A stretch of 64,000 nucleotides of DNA from an uncultured Syntrophobacterales bacterium (GCA_964438895.1 CAYTMJ010000003.1:126-64125); one strand, 5' to 3'. Numbered from the stretch's first letter, positions 10,062 to 21,077 are shown. Notes: a model not told the origin generated them from the sequence alone. A program made the numbers and translations.

Positions 10062-10526
10062 ATGAGCGCAGAAGAACGTTTGAAAGAACTAAACCTGAGT
10101 CTACCGCCCTTGCCCAGACCCATGGCCAACTACGTCAGTGCCGTGAGAACGGGCTCGTTACTGTATCTTGCCGGGCACGGCCCCTTGGGCGATAATGGCA
10201 AACCGATCTCACGTGGCAAACTGGGTCGCGACCTTTCCATTGAAGATGGCTACCGCGCAGCGCGCCAGACAGCATTGAACGCCCTGGTGACCCTAAGAAC
10301 AGAGCTCGGCAGCCTAGACCGCGTACGCCGCATCGTCAAGGTGCTGGGCATGGTTAATGCCGACCCGGATTTCCAAAAGACACCGCAGGTGATTAATGGG
10401 TTTTCCGATCTCATGGTAGAAGTGTTTGGTGAGAGCATCGGCAAACACGCCCGCTCTGCCGTGGGCATGGCAACGCTACCCAACGGGATCCCTGTGGAAA
10501 TTGAGTCGATCTTCGAGATTGCATGA
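10062..10526 (+). CDS. RidA/YjgF family protein
   Basis: ANYV, LAGHGP, NGFSDL, HARSAVG and VEIE motifs. Confidence 0.92.
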   Translation: MSAEERLKELNLSLPPLPRPMANYVSAVRTGSLLYLAGHGPLGDNGKPISRGKLGRDLSIEDGYRAARQTALNALVTLRTELGSLDRVRRIVKVLGMVNADPDFQKTPQVINGFSDLMVEVFGESIGKHARSAVGMATLPNGIPVEIESIFEIA

Positions 10527-10555
10527 GGATTCGCTAGACTGGAACGTCTAACGGC

Positions 10556-10592
10556 TCGACCAAATCGTCGAAACCATTCGACTCTTTGGGCG
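10556..10592 (+). promoter_or_regulatory. Putative tandem enhancer (UAS) sites for a sigma54 activator
   Basis: TCGAC-N6-GTCGA at 10556-10571 and a degenerate copy TCGAC-TCTTTG-GGCG starting 22 bp later, ~70-100 bp upstream of a -24/-12 element. Confidence 0.45.
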
Positions 10593-10657
10593 CCCTTTCG
10601 CTCTCAGGAACCCCAGAAGTGCTTGACAAACCGGCGTTATCGAAAATTTAAGACCCC

Positions 10658-10672
10658 TGGCATGAAACGTGC
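10658..10672 (+). promoter_or_regulatory. Putative sigma54 (-24/-12) promoter of degP
   Basis: TGGCAT-GAAAC-GTGC has exact GG-N10-GC spacing. A sigma54 activator is encoded two genes downstream. Confidence 0.65.
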
Positions 10673-10708
10673 GTTACAGTGAATCATCCATTGTATGGAG
10701 GTAGCTCA

Positions 10709-12172
10709 ATGCTCTACAAACGATCCCCTTCAATATGCATCAAGGGATTGGGGATTTGCACCCTGTCGTTCGCTCTCTTCGCCCTGAATACGGGCTTGAG
10801 CCAACGGCTTCTTGACGCTTCCACACGGTCGGTCATTACCGACCAGCAGTCGGTGCGAAGCATCGTAGATCTGGTCAAGGCCGTAAGTCCAGCGGTGGTT
10901 AATATCGCCACCAAGGGCCAGATGCGATCAGCGCAACAGTCGCAACCACACACCCGCCCCTGGCCGGATGCGTGGAGGAAGTTTTTTGAAGCACCGCCCT
11001 TCGGTATGCCCGAGACACCCTCCGTACCCCAAAGGACTGAATCGTTTGGCTCAGGCGTCATCATCGATTCCAAGGGATTGGTACTGACAAACCATCACGT
11101 GGTGGCGGGCCGAAAGAACGTCACCATCCGCGTAACGCTCTCGGACGGTAACGAACTCGAGGGGAAAATCATCGGAACCGATGAAAAGACCGACATCGCC
11201 CTCCTCCAGATCAATACCGGCTACTCGTTACCCACTGTCCCGCTTGGCGATTCCGACAGGTTGGAGATTGGCGAAGGTGTTCTGGCTATCGGCAACCCAT
11301 TCGGCCTAGACGGCACGGTAACATCCGGCATCGTCAGCGCCAAGGGGCGCCGTATCGGGGCTGGTCCTTACGACAACTTCATCCAGACCGATGCGTCTAT
11401 CAACCCAGGAAATTCCGGTGGGCCACTCGTCAACCATCGGGGGCAGGTCGTAGGAGTGAACACCGCAATATACAGTCGGGGCGGAGGTAACGTCGGCATA
11501 GGCTTTGCCATTCCCATCAACCTTGTAAAGGAACTGCTTCCACAACTCCAGCATGACGGACGGGTGACTCGCGGTTGGCTGGGCATAGCATTTCAGAAAA
11601 TGACCCCGCTATTGGCAGAATCCCTAGGAGTAAAGAAGTTACACGGCGCGCTCGTGTCAAAAGTGTTACCCAATACACCAGCGGAAAAGGCCGGTCTGCA
11701 GGCCGGCGACGTCATCGTCGAGTTCGACAACCATGCCGTCGAGGAGGCCAGCGACCTGCCCATGATCGTCGCGCGAACCCCGGCAGGAAAAGAGGTGGGC
11801 GTAACAGTGTTGCGCCACGGAGAAGACAAAACGTTGACAGTGACCATCGGCAAGATGGAGAGCCCAGAGACTGTGGCGAAAGCAGCAGACGGTTCCAAGC
11901 TAGGACTCACGGTTCAGGAACTAACACCCAACACCGCCAAGAAGCTGTCAATAGAAGTGGCCACAGGGGTCCTCGTCACAGCGGTGAAACCAGGTAGCCC
12001 CGCGGATGAGGCCGGATTACAACCCGGCGACGTCATCCTAGAAGTCAATCGAACCCCCGTGGGGACACTCACCGCATACACTCAGGCACTGCGACTGGCC
12101 GTGGAAGGCCGCAACGCCCTATTCCTTGTCAAGCGAGGCAAGATGACGCGATTCTTCGTCGCCAAGACCTGA
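10709..12172 (+). CDS. degP: Do/DegP-DegQ (HtrA) periplasmic serine endoprotease with two PDZ domains
   Basis: GSGVII, TNHHV, TDIAL and TDASINPGNSGGPL, plus two PDZ repeats. GGAGG RBS precedes ATG 10709. Confidence 0.93.
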   Translation: MLYKRSPSICIKGLGICTLSFALFALNTGLSQRLLDASTRSVITDQQSVRSIVDLVKAVSPAVVNIATKGQMRSAQQSQPHTRPWPDAWRKFFEAPPFGMPETPSVPQRTESFGSGVIIDSKGLVLTNHHVVAGRKNVTIRVTLSDGNELEGKIIGTDEKTDIALLQINTGYSLPTVPLGDSDRLEIGEGVLAIGNPFGLDGTVTSGIVSAKGRRIGAGPYDNFIQTDASINPGNSGGPLVNHRGQVVGVNTAIYSRGGGNVGIGFAIPINLVKELLPQLQHDGRVTRGWLGIAFQKMTPLLAESLGVKKLHGALVSKVLPNTPAEKAGLQAGDVIVEFDNHAVEEASDLPMIVARTPAGKEVGVTVLRHGEDKTLTVTIGKMESPETVAKAADGSKLGLTVQELTPNTAKKLSIEVATGVLVTAVKPGSPADEAGLQPGDVILEVNRTPVGTLTAYTQALRLAVEGRNALFLVKRGKMTRFFVAKT

Positions 12173-12321
12173 CTGTAGGCGTTTCAGTTTAGGAAACCGT
12201 ATCTGACCGGACGGAAGTCTGCTCAGGCTACTACCAAGGAAAAGAGTTGTGAAGTACCAAGACCCTTCTATTCCCACAATTTGGCTGGGCCTGAAAGGCC
12301 TCAGTTCGTAAGACCTTATTG

Positions 12322-12349
12322 TTGCCAACGCGGAGTCCCCTTGTATAAT
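12322..12349 (+). promoter_or_regulatory. Putative sigma70 promoter of the sensor kinase
   Basis: TTGCCA-N16-TATAAT. Confidence 0.5.
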
Positions 12350-12400
12350 GGGAGGGCGGGAAGCCAATTTACTCTTCCCGCCGAATAAAACCTTCTACGA

Positions 12401-14119
12401 ATGGCCATGAAACGCGCTTCTCTGGTTCCCTATTTTCTCACTTCCGTCCTGCTACTACTCGTTCTGTTCTCGCTCTACGTCTTCTACGAGAGCCGCTGGC
12501 TGGAAGATGAGCTTGTACGGCAGGTGGAAGTCAAGGCCCTTGCTCTGACCGAAACCATGGAGACGAGCGCAAAAAAGTCCATTAAAGGAAATGCACTTAT
12601 CGAGGAGTTGGTCAGGCAACGCCTCCTGGACAACGCGCGGCTCATTGACCGTCTCCTGACCTCCAACCCCCCAGCACGACTAGTGCAACACATCAGCGAT
12701 ATCAACCACCTCCACAAGGTGGAACTACTGGACCTCCAGGGCCGTCCATGGATCTCTCACGGCGGCGCTGCCCCGCCGCAAATCAGCGGCCTTCTCAGCA
12801 AGTTCCGGGATACGTTCTCCGACCGCAACGCAGCCGTGCACATGTGGGGAAAGCTTTGGTCGCAGCATCCGGAACAAGCTCCGCCAAAACTCCCCCAGAA
12901 TAGATTCTGGGAGGACAGCGTGTTTGGCGTGGCTCTGGAGGCCCGGAGCTTCCCCGGCTTCATTGCTGTTCATGCAGACGGGGCCTACATGCTGAAGCTG
13001 CAACGCGAGATTGGGGTCCAACGCCAGATCCAAGACCTTGGGCAACAAGATGAAATCCACCACGTCGCACTACTCGACAACGACTTCAACGTCCTCGCCC
13101 ACACCGACCCCGCACTGGCGGGAACCCAGAAGGTGGACGACCTTGCCGCCCGAGCTCGTTCGACCCAGCGTTCGGCTCACCGCATCATACAGGACGACGC
13201 AGGAAAACGGCGCTATGAACTGGTAAAACCCATCACGCTAGATAACGATCCGATGGGTTTTCTAAGGATAGGCCTTTCCATGGAATCAGTGGATGCAGCA
13301 TGGCGGCAGAGTCTGTGGTCCATGGTAGGTCTCGGTTTCGGTATCCTGGGCCTAGGTATGCTGGGATTCACCGCCATCCTATACAACCAACGGTACCACA
13401 TGCACAAAATCAAGGCCCTAGAAGCGGAGGTAGAACGCAGGGAGCATCTCTCCATGATGGGCAATCTTGCAGCTACCGTCGCTCATGAAGTGCGCAATCC
13501 ACTCAACGCCATCTCTATGGGGCTACAACGTCTCAGAGCCGAGTTCAAGCCCACACAAGATGAGGGTGAATACACCCATTTCATCGAATTGATGCGCGGG
13601 GAGGTACACCGCCTAAACGGGATCGTCGAAGAATTCTTGACTCTGTCACGCCCGTTAACCATGAAAACGGAACTCGTCAAGATAGATCTGCTACTGAGCG
13701 AGTTGATCGCGTTGACCCAAAGTGATGCCTCGTCAGGAGGAGTCGAGATCGCCGTAGTAAACCACGGCCCAAGGCCGGTCGTCCCGGCGGACCCCGACTA
13801 TCTCAAGCAAGTTTTGTTAAACCTCATCCTAAACGGGTTTCAGGCGATGCCGGAAGGTGGCGAACTAACCATTGAAACGTCCGTACGGAATAATAGAATG
13901 CAACTTTCGGTCAGGGACACTGGAGTCGGAATCAAGTCGGACGATTTGGCACGGATCTTCGAGCCCTACTTCACCACAAAGGCTAACGGGTCCGGGCTAG
14001 GCCTAGCAATCGCACGCCGTATAATCGAAGGTCACGGGGGCACCCTTGAGGTGACTAGTAGGGTCGATAACGGTAGCCAATTTGATATCATCCTTCCGCT
14101 GAACCATACGTTCACGTAA
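12401..14119 (+). CDS. Membrane sensor histidine kinase (ZraS/NtrB-like)
   Basis: Two TM segments flank a periplasmic domain. H-box AHEVRNPL, N-box QVLLNLILNG, DTGVG, FEPYFTTK and GSGLGL. Confidence 0.93.
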   Translation: MAMKRASLVPYFLTSVLLLLVLFSLYVFYESRWLEDELVRQVEVKALALTETMETSAKKSIKGNALIEELVRQRLLDNARLIDRLLTSNPPARLVQHISDINHLHKVELLDLQGRPWISHGGAAPPQISGLLSKFRDTFSDRNAAVHMWGKLWSQHPEQAPPKLPQNRFWEDSVFGVALEARSFPGFIAVHADGAYMLKLQREIGVQRQIQDLGQQDEIHHVALLDNDFNVLAHTDPALAGTQKVDDLAARARSTQRSAHRIIQDDAGKRRYELVKPITLDNDPMGFLRIGLSMESVDAAWRQSLWSMVGLGFGILGLGMLGFTAILYNQRYHMHKIKALEAEVERREHLSMMGNLAATVAHEVRNPLNAISMGLQRLRAEFKPTQDEGEYTHFIELMRGEVHRLNGIVEEFLTLSRPLTMKTELVKIDLLLSELIALTQSDASSGGVEIAVVNHGPRPVVPADPDYLKQVLLNLILNGFQAMPEGGELTIETSVRNNRMQLSVRDTGVGIKSDDLARIFEPYFTTKANGSGLGLAIARRIIEGHGGTLEVTSRVDNGSQFDIILPLNHTFT

Positions 14120-14166
14120 TCTCTGGTCCGATCCCTGGACGAGAACTGCCGTCAAAAAGCGTTAAA

Positions 14167-15591
14167 ATGACCGAAGAGACACACCTAGAAAACTCCGAGT
14201 TGCGCACAACCGCCCAACAGACAAGCGGCGATAGCGGCCCCTTTCGCGTGATGGTGGTAGACGACGAGTCTACGCAACTTGAGCTCGTCGGCGGCTTCCT
14301 TCGCAAGGCCGGTTTCGAGGTGGCCCTGGCGGAGAACGCCGCCGACGCACTGCAACGATTCCGCCAAGAACCCTTCGACCTCGTCCTGACGGATCAACGA
14401 ATGCCAGAGATATCGGGAATCGATCTCTTGAAGCACTGTCGTGGAGTCAATCCCGAGGTGGCGATTATCATCATCACAGCGTACGGGAGCATTGAAACTG
14501 CCGTATCTGCGATGAAGGAAGGGGCTACCGACTACCTCACCAAACCCCTTAACTTAGAAGAACTCCTCCTCCGCATCGAGCGAGTCAAGCGTAGCCACCA
14601 ACTGATCCGGGAGAACAGCGAACTCCGGGAGGCACTTCAGGAGCGCCACCGCATAGAGGGAATCATCGGAGAAAGTGGCCAGATGCAGGAGGTCCTAGAT
14701 TTGGTACGGCGTGTTGCTCCCAGTGACGCAACCGTGTTGCTTCGCGGGGAGAGCGGGACCGGCAAAGAGCTCATCGCCAAGGCCATCCACTACGCCAGCG
14801 CCCGCAAAAACGGACCACTAGTCAAGGTTAACTGCGCAGCGTTGCCGGAGTCCCTGCTGGAATCAGAGTTATTTGGGCACGAGAAAGGAGCCTTCACTGG
14901 CGCCTTCGCCATGCGCAAGGGCCGCTTCGAAATCGCCGACGGAGGCACCCTTTTTCTCGACGAGATCGGCGATCTCCCGGCCCACCTGCAGGCGAAATTG
15001 TTGCGCGTATTACAGGAAAAAGAATTCGAACGGGTAGGATCAAACCGCGCGATCACCACCGATTCGCGGATTATTACCGCTAGCTACAGAGATCTCGAGC
15101 AGCTGATGCGGGAGGGCAGTTTTCGCGAAGACCTGTACTACCGCCTTAACGTTGTAACTATCCTTCTACCCCCACTACGTGAGCGCCGCCAGGATCTTCC
15201 AGCGCTCATCGAATACTTTTTTCGAAAATTTTCCGAGAAGAACGGCCGGGTAATTCAGGGCTTCTCTCGCGAAGCCCGCGACGCGTTGTTACGCTACGAC
15301 TATCCGGGTAATGTTCGCGAACTAGAGAACCTTGTGGAACGTGCCATCGTGCTCACACGCGACGACGTGATCAGGCTGGGCGAATTGCCCCTCACCATCA
15401 AGGAAACGCGAACCAACTCGAGCGATCAGACCAATCTCTCAGCCGTAGTGGAGGGGATGGAGCGGCGCATGATCGTGGAAGCCCTAGATGCCGCTGGTGG
15501 CATTCAGACCAAGGCAGCAGACAACCTAGGCATTAGTGAACGGGCACTTCGATACAAACTACAAAAGTACGGCCTCCGGGCCGATAAATGA
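14167..15591 (+). CDS. Sigma54-dependent response regulator (NtrC/ZraR family)
   Basis: Receiver domain (VVDDE, TDQRMP), GESGTGKE, GAFTGA, FLDEIG, REDLYYRL and a Fis-type HTH. Confidence 0.95.
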   Translation: MTEETHLENSELRTTAQQTSGDSGPFRVMVVDDESTQLELVGGFLRKAGFEVALAENAADALQRFRQEPFDLVLTDQRMPEISGIDLLKHCRGVNPEVAIIIITAYGSIETAVSAMKEGATDYLTKPLNLEELLLRIERVKRSHQLIRENSELREALQERHRIEGIIGESGQMQEVLDLVRRVAPSDATVLLRGESGTGKELIAKAIHYASARKNGPLVKVNCAALPESLLESELFGHEKGAFTGAFAMRKGRFEIADGGTLFLDEIGDLPAHLQAKLLRVLQEKEFERVGSNRAITTDSRIITASYRDLEQLMREGSFREDLYYRLNVVTILLPPLRERRQDLPALIEYFFRKFSEKNGRVIQGFSREARDALLRYDYPGNVRELENLVERAIVLTRDDVIRLGELPLTIKETRTNSSDQTNLSAVVEGMERRMIVEALDAAGGIQTKAADNLGISERALRYKLQKYGLRADK

Positions 15592-15616
15592 CCCCCAGAA
15601 GCCCTTAACCAATTGC

Positions 15617-15645
15617 TTGACATTGGCTACCTTCGATGATACCGT
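15617..15645 (+). promoter_or_regulatory. Putative sigma70 promoter of the sigma factor gene
   Basis: TTGACA-N17-TACCGT with an extended -10 TG. Confidence 0.5.
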
Positions 15646-15893
15646 GGGCCGTTGCTGATACTATCCAAAGATCGATTCTCAGTCTTGTTGGGTCCACAGC
15701 AACTGTCCCAAAGTCTAATATTACGTTTGTGTCGGTATCAACGAGTCGCGCACCGCCCGGTTGGTCAAACTGGGGATCAAGGTTTCGCGAGGTCGGGGGA
15801 CATTTCTAACTTGCGAATTACTGGAATGTCTACTTGCTCGGTCGGGTCAAACCCGTCGAACAATAGCGTGATGAATCATGGTGCAAGCCATCA

Positions 15894-17408
15894 TTGACGG
15901 AGAGAGCTTTGAACACCGAAGACACCGACGAAGCGATGGACGAATCGATCGACGAGCTTGACGACATCTCCATTGGGGAAGTCGAAGAAGAAGAGCAGGC
16001 TGAGTCGTTTCCGGAAGAGTCCCCCCAAGCCCAAGTGCAGGTGGACACCGAACGCGCAGACGAAAAGACCGATCCGGTGTCACTCTATCTGCGGGACATC
16101 GGTTCCACTCCCCTATTGACGAGGGAACGCGAAGTGCAGCTCGGAATGCAAATGGAGCAGGGGCAGGAAGAATATATTGCCAGTGTGATCGCCTCGCCCT
16201 ATACAGTCCTTTGCGTACTGGTCCTCGCTGAACAAATCAAGAAGAACGAAACGCCCCTGGACCGCGTACTCATGGTCGGCGATGAAAGTGATGAGTTCGA
16301 CGAAACAGCCGAACGCCGCCGGTTTCTTAAGGGAATAACGGTGTTGCGTAACCTCGTCGAGGATCAGAAACGCATCCAAAAAGAACTGACCCGGAAAAGA
16401 ACCTCGCAAAAGCGCCGAGCGACCCTAGGTGTCAACCTCATTAAAAAGCAGACGCGAATTAGCGACACGGTGAAAGGGTTGCGTTTATCGAAAGAGTGGA
16501 TCGACGAAATCAGTGAAAAACTCAAGGAATCATACCAAGCCATTGTTGAATTGCAGAAACGGGCTCGGACCCGCAAGCGAGGTAACACGGCCAAGGAAAT
16601 CGCCTCCGAGATACAGATCATTGAGAACACGCTCGAGTCCCCGACAGCCAACATCGCAGGTCAGGTGGAAGCGATCAACGCTGCCGAACAGAAAGCTTCA
16701 TCAGCGAAGAAGGTCCTCATCGAGGCCAACTTGCGACTAGTGGTAAGCTTGGCAAAGAAGTACGGAAACAGAGGTCTCCAGTTCCTGGACCTGATTCAGG
16801 AAGGCAACGTAGGCCTCATGCGGGCGGCAGAGAAGTTTGACTATCGGTTGGGCTACAGATTTTCGACCTATGCGGGCTGGTGGATTCGCCAGAGCATCAC
16901 CCGGGGAATCATCGACTCGGCACCAACCATCCGCATCCCGGTTCACATGATCGAGACCCGAAACAAGCTTATCCGTGCGAACCGATCGCTTCACCGCAAA
17001 CTTGGCAGGGAGCCTCAACCAGATGAAGTTGCGACCGAGATGGGCCTCACCACCGACGAGATCCGGAGGCTGATGCGAATCGTTAAGGAGCCGGTTTCGC
17101 TGGAAACACCCATGGGCGACGACGAGGAGAGTCGGCTCGGGGACTTCGTCGAGGACAAACATATCTCCAAGCCCCTAGACCAGACCGTTCACGCTAACCT
17201 GCGCGACAAGGTCAAGAAGTATCTAGCCACACTACCGCCGCGAGAAGAAGCCGTGCTTCGGTTCCGTTTTGGCATCGGGGAAGTGCGGGACTATACCCTT
17301 GAGGAACTCGGGGAACGGTTCTCACTGACAAGAGAACGTATCCGTCAGATCGAACAACGGGCGCTGAGGAAGCTAAGGACCGCGGTGGGGCCGGATCTTC
17401 AGGACTAA
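15894..17408 (+). CDS. RpoD-like sigma70 factor (group 1/2 paralog)
   Basis: Region 1.2 [11 protein letters not shown], region 2 [31 protein letters not shown], region 4 TRERIRQIE. Start (TTG 15894 or 15909) is uncertain. Confidence 0.9.
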   Translation: MTERALNTEDTDEAMDESIDELDDISIGEVEEEEQAESFPEESPQAQVQVDTERADEKTDPVSLYLRDIGSTPLLTREREVQLGMQMEQGQEEYIASVIASPYTVLCVLVLAEQIKKNETPLDRVLMVGDESDEFDETAERRRFLKGITVLRNLVEDQKRIQKELTRKRTSQKRRATLGVNLIKKQTRISDTVKGLRLSKEWIDEISEKLKESYQAIVELQKRARTRKRGNTAKEIASEIQIIENTLESPTANIAGQVEAINAAEQKASSAKKVLIEANLRLVVSLAKKYGNRGLQFLDLIQEGNVGLMRAAEKFDYRLGYRFSTYAGWWIRQSITRGIIDSAPTIRIPVHMIETRNKLIRANRSLHRKLGREPQPDEVATEMGLTTDEIRRLMRIVKEPVSLETPMGDDEESRLGDFVEDKHISKPLDQTVHANLRDKVKKYLATLPPREEAVLRFRFGIGEVRDYTLEELGERFSLTRERIRQIEQRALRKLRTAVGPDLQD

Positions 17409-17654
17409 GGCCTAACCAGGAGCTACTCCGATGATGTTGCCAGTCATAGCGTCACCTCACCAACGGTAAAGTTGTGACTTTGTGGACGAGCTGACGTACG
17501 CACCCAACTCTCGAGTGGTCCTCCTTGATGCACGAACGGCGGTCTTCGCCTAAACAGACGGTCCGCGACGAAGATACACCAAAGTTTTGGATAGTGAATT
17601 CCGCACCAATCCTTGCCGTTACACGGGCCGTATTCCACTATCGCGCCATGATTC

Positions 17655-18311
17655 TTACTGGCCGAGAGCCGACAAGATCGCCTCGCGTACGTCCTCAACT
17701 CGACCTACCCCCGACACCCTGATGTAGTGCGGAGCCTGGGAATTCTCCTGGGCACGCCATCGGGCATAGTAGTTAACTAGGGGGACGGTCTGCTCGCTGT
17801 AAACCTTCAGCCGTCGGTGAATGGTTTCCTCCCGGTCATCGTCACGCTGCACGAGATCCTCGCCAGTGACATCGTCCTTGCCCTCGGTGTTCGGGGGGTT
17901 GAACAGAACATGATAGATGCGACCCGAGGCCGGATGCACGCGCCGCCCACTGAGACGCACAACGACCTCGTCAATGGGCACGTCGATCTCTACCACGTGA
18001 GTGACTGAAATGCCGTTACACCGCAATGCCTCCGCTTGAGCCAGCGTCCGGGGGAAACCGTCGAAAAGAAAGCCCCTTCGACAATCCCTACCTTGAATCC
18101 GCTCCTTGATCAGGTCCACAATTATTTCGTCCGACACGAGTCCGCCCGACTCCATCACAGTCTTGACGAGCAGCCCTAACGCCGTACCTGCCTTGACCGC
18201 TGCCCGGAGCATGTCACCGGTGGATATCTGGGGAATGCCAAAGGCCCGGACGATCGACTCTGCCTGTGTTCCCTTTCCCGCTCCAGGCGGACCCAACAAA
18301 ATGATACGCAT
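17655..18311 (-). CDS. adk: Adenylate kinase
   Basis: [25 protein letters not shown] and LID domain [11 protein letters not shown]...[14 protein letters not shown]. Confidence 0.96.
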   Translation of the reverse strand: MRIILLGPPGAGKGTQAESIVRAFGIPQISTGDMLRAAVKAGTALGLLVKTVMESGGLVSDEIIVDLIKERIQGRDCRRGFLFDGFPRTLAQAEALRCNGISVTHVVEIDVPIDEVVVRLSGRRVHPASGRIYHVLFNPPNTEGKDDVTGEDLVQRDDDREETIHRRLKVYSEQTVPLVNYYARWRAQENSQAPHYIRVSGVGRVEDVREAILSALGQ

Positions 18312-18623
18312 GAACGCGGCCTCCAGTTGCCGCCTACACCGGATATTTCCCTTAACGCTTGAACTCTGACAACTGGACATGAGTGACATTTCGGGGGTTG
18401 TCATCGCGGGTGACTATGGCCCTAATATCCCAGACACAAGCTAAAAAATATTATGAAAACAGTAACATGCAAACTACCGACCATCAAGGCGAGCTGTGCC
18501 AGTTGCCCATTGAAAGGCTGGGGGCCACTGGAAACTATCTGGCGAATGCCGTAAACTGCAAAGGGGCACAATTAGAGGAAATAGCCGCTAGCCTTATGAC
18601 GCCACGGACATCGGGAGACGTCC

Positions 18624-20033
18624 ATGCCAAAACCAGGAACTAACGACAATCCGCTCAGGATAGCCATCATCGGTTCGGGGCCGGCCGGCTTCTACGTGGT
18701 CGAACGCTTGTTTAACGAGCAAGGGCTGAGCGTCGAAATCGACATGTTCGACGAACTGCCGACCCCGTTTGGGCTGGTGCGGGGGGGCGTCGCTCCTGAT
18801 CACCAGAAGATCAAATCCGTGGTACGTGTCTATGACAGAAACGCCCGGAAACCCAACTTTCGCTTCTACGGCAACGTGCGCTACGGTCGAGACATCCATC
18901 TGAGTGACCTCGAAGCCTACTACCACCAGGTGTGCTTCACCACCGGTGCCCAAACCGACCGCAATCTGGGAATACCCGGGGAGGAGCTTCAGAACAGCCA
19001 CGCAGCCACCGAGTTTGTAGCGTGGTACAATGGCCACCCGGATTTCCGGGACCGCCACTTCGACCTTTCCGGAGAATCCGCCGCGGTAATTGGCGTGGGC
19101 AATGTCGCCATAGATGTCGCCCGCATCCTATGCCGGAATTTCGACGAGTTAGCGAGCACTGACATCGCGGATTACGCACTAGAGGCGCTGCGGGAGAGCA
19201 AAATTCGAAATGTCTATCTAATTGGGCGACGGGGTCCAGCCCAGGCGGCCTTCACCAATCCCGAGATCAAAGAGATGGGAGAGTTAGCCGACGCAGACGT
19301 GGAAGTGCTGCCCGACGAGGCCAAATTAGATCCCCTGAGTCAAGCCTACGTCGATACTCTCCCGGACAAGGCCCTGATCCGGAAGATCGAGATCCTCCAA
19401 GGCTATGCCGGGCGCTCCGCGTCTGGCAAGGCACGTCAGCTCAATATTCGGTTCCTTCTCTCCCCTACCGAAATCATCAGCGATGCTGAAGGCCGGGTAT
19501 GCGCCGTACGTCTAGTTAAAAATGAGCTGTATTCTGACAACGGCACCTTGAAACCGCGCGCCACCGCAACACAAGAGACCATCTTCGCCAACATCGTCTT
19601 CCGATCCGTGGGCTATCTCGGCGTGCCTCTACTCGGGATCCCATTCGACGAACACCGGGGGGTAATTCTCAACAACAAAGGTCGGGTGCTTTCCGAGGGG
19701 GACAAACGACCCCTCGTGGGCCTCTACGCCTCTGGATGGATTAAACGTGGACCAACCGGTGTCATTGGCACCAACAAGCCCGATGCTGCCGAAACGGTCG
19801 AACGCATGCTGGAAGACCTACAAGGTGGAACAACTCTGGCCCCCATACATCCCGACGTACCCGCCGCTGAACGCCTGGTGAGGGAGCGGCAGCCTGACTA
19901 CGTATCCTACGAAGACTGGCTGCGTCTTGATGAAATCGAGACCAACCGTGGCAAGGAGAGCGGACGCCCCCGTGTTAAACTAACGCGCACCGAGGACATG
20001 ATCGCAGCATTGCGGACAACTGCCAACCAGTAA
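18624..20033 (+). CDS. Ferredoxin--NADP+ reductase, adrenodoxin reductase/FprA type
   Basis: IGSGPAG, GVAPDH, WYNGHP, GVGNVAIDVAR, GRRGP and GWIKRGPTGVIGTNK motifs. Confidence 0.92.
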   Translation: MPKPGTNDNPLRIAIIGSGPAGFYVVERLFNEQGLSVEIDMFDELPTPFGLVRGGVAPDHQKIKSVVRVYDRNARKPNFRFYGNVRYGRDIHLSDLEAYYHQVCFTTGAQTDRNLGIPGEELQNSHAATEFVAWYNGHPDFRDRHFDLSGESAAVIGVGNVAIDVARILCRNFDELASTDIADYALEALRESKIRNVYLIGRRGPAQAAFTNPEIKEMGELADADVEVLPDEAKLDPLSQAYVDTLPDKALIRKIEILQGYAGRSASGKARQLNIRFLLSPTEIISDAEGRVCAVRLVKNELYSDNGTLKPRATATQETIFANIVFRSVGYLGVPLLGIPFDEHRGVILNNKGRVLSEGDKRPLVGLYASGWIKRGPTGVIGTNKPDAAETVERMLEDLQGGTTLAPIHPDVPAAERLVRERQPDYVSYEDWLRLDEIETNRGKESGRPRVKLTRTEDMIAALRTTANQ

Positions 20034-20134
20034 CGCCAGGGACGGTGCGGGTCGAATACCCGGATCCTGAATCAAGTCTTTCAACCCGGACGGCCGGATG
20101 GAGACCGGGGCTCGGAAAGGAGTAACGAGATCCG

Positions 20135-21073
20135 ATGGCTTTGATCATTAGCGCAGATCAGACCCGCAAGCTTATTGACATGAGGACGTGCATCCGCCTC
20201 CTCGACAAGATGTTCCGAGACAGAGCATGCGGCAAGATTCGACACGTCGCGCGGCGGCGACTCAAAGGGAGCCGTAAGCAACTCAATGTCATGGCGGCGT
20301 GGCATCAGACTACAGATATCATCGCCCTACGAAGCTATGTAGCCAAAGCCAACACTATCAGCCTTTACGACGGCGGCTCCGGCACTCTAAGGGCTGTCAT
20401 GAGCGCCGCCTACCTCAGCAGTCTGCGAACGGGTGCAGCCACCGGAGTGGCGGCCAAGCATCTAGCGCCACCCAAACCGTCAGTTTTGGGACTCATCGGG
20501 CCAGGTTGGCAGGGCACTTTCCAGGTAGAGGCTGTAGCCAAGGCTTGCCAACCCAAGCGAATTCTGGTGTTTGGCCGCAACGTGAAGCGGCGTCAAGGGT
20601 TCATTGACACTATGAGCAAAGTCGTCCGAACCCCTTTCAGGATCGCCCATTCCGTTGACGAAGTCGAGAGCGAATCAGACATTCTGATAGTTTCTACCGA
20701 CTCAACCACGCCCGTCATCGACGGACAACTCCTTAAGGATGATGTCCTCGTGGCCACCATCGGCGCCAATCAACCGACAAAGCACGAGGTATCTGGACGG
20801 CTCATTAGATCCATGGACTTAGTGGTCACCGACGACCTCACCACTGCGCGCAACGACAGCGGTGACTTGATCGATGCCTGCGCCAAGAAGCAGTTACGTT
20901 GGCGGGATGTGATACCACTGGAAACCATCGTCGCCAACGGCGTCCCAGGCAAACCTCGAAAGGTCCTATTCCAGTCAAATGGTATTCCGGACGAGGACCT
21001 AACCGTCGGCACCTACGTCCTACAAAAGGCCCTCAAACAGAAACTACGGCTTCGAGAGTTACGGGAGTTTTAA
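20135..21073 (+). CDS. Ornithine cyclodeaminase / mu-crystallin family protein
   Basis: LRTGAATGVAAK, IGPGWQG, TIGAN, HEV, SGDL and LFQSNG motifs. Confidence 0.85.
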   Translation: MALIISADQTRKLIDMRTCIRLLDKMFRDRACGKIRHVARRRLKGSRKQLNVMAAWHQTTDIIALRSYVAKANTISLYDGGSGTLRAVMSAAYLSSLRTGAATGVAAKHLAPPKPSVLGLIGPGWQGTFQVEAVAKACQPKRILVFGRNVKRRQGFIDTMSKVVRTPFRIAHSVDEVESESDILIVSTDSTTPVIDGQLLKDDVLVATIGANQPTKHEVSGRLIRSMDLVVTDDLTTARNDSGDLIDACAKKQLRWRDVIPLETIVANGVPGKPRKVLFQSNGIPDEDLTVGTYVLQKALKQKLRLRELREF

Positions 21074-21077
21074 GGAA

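Noticed and set aside
12355-12382. GGCGGGAAG/CTTCCCGCC leader hairpin as a riboswitch
   Set aside because: A single stem with no aptamer consensus (not fluoride-like). It is at most a 5' stabiliser.
20030-20080. tRNA-like GGGTCGAATACCC
   Set aside because: No cloverleaf, acceptor stem or CCA could be built.
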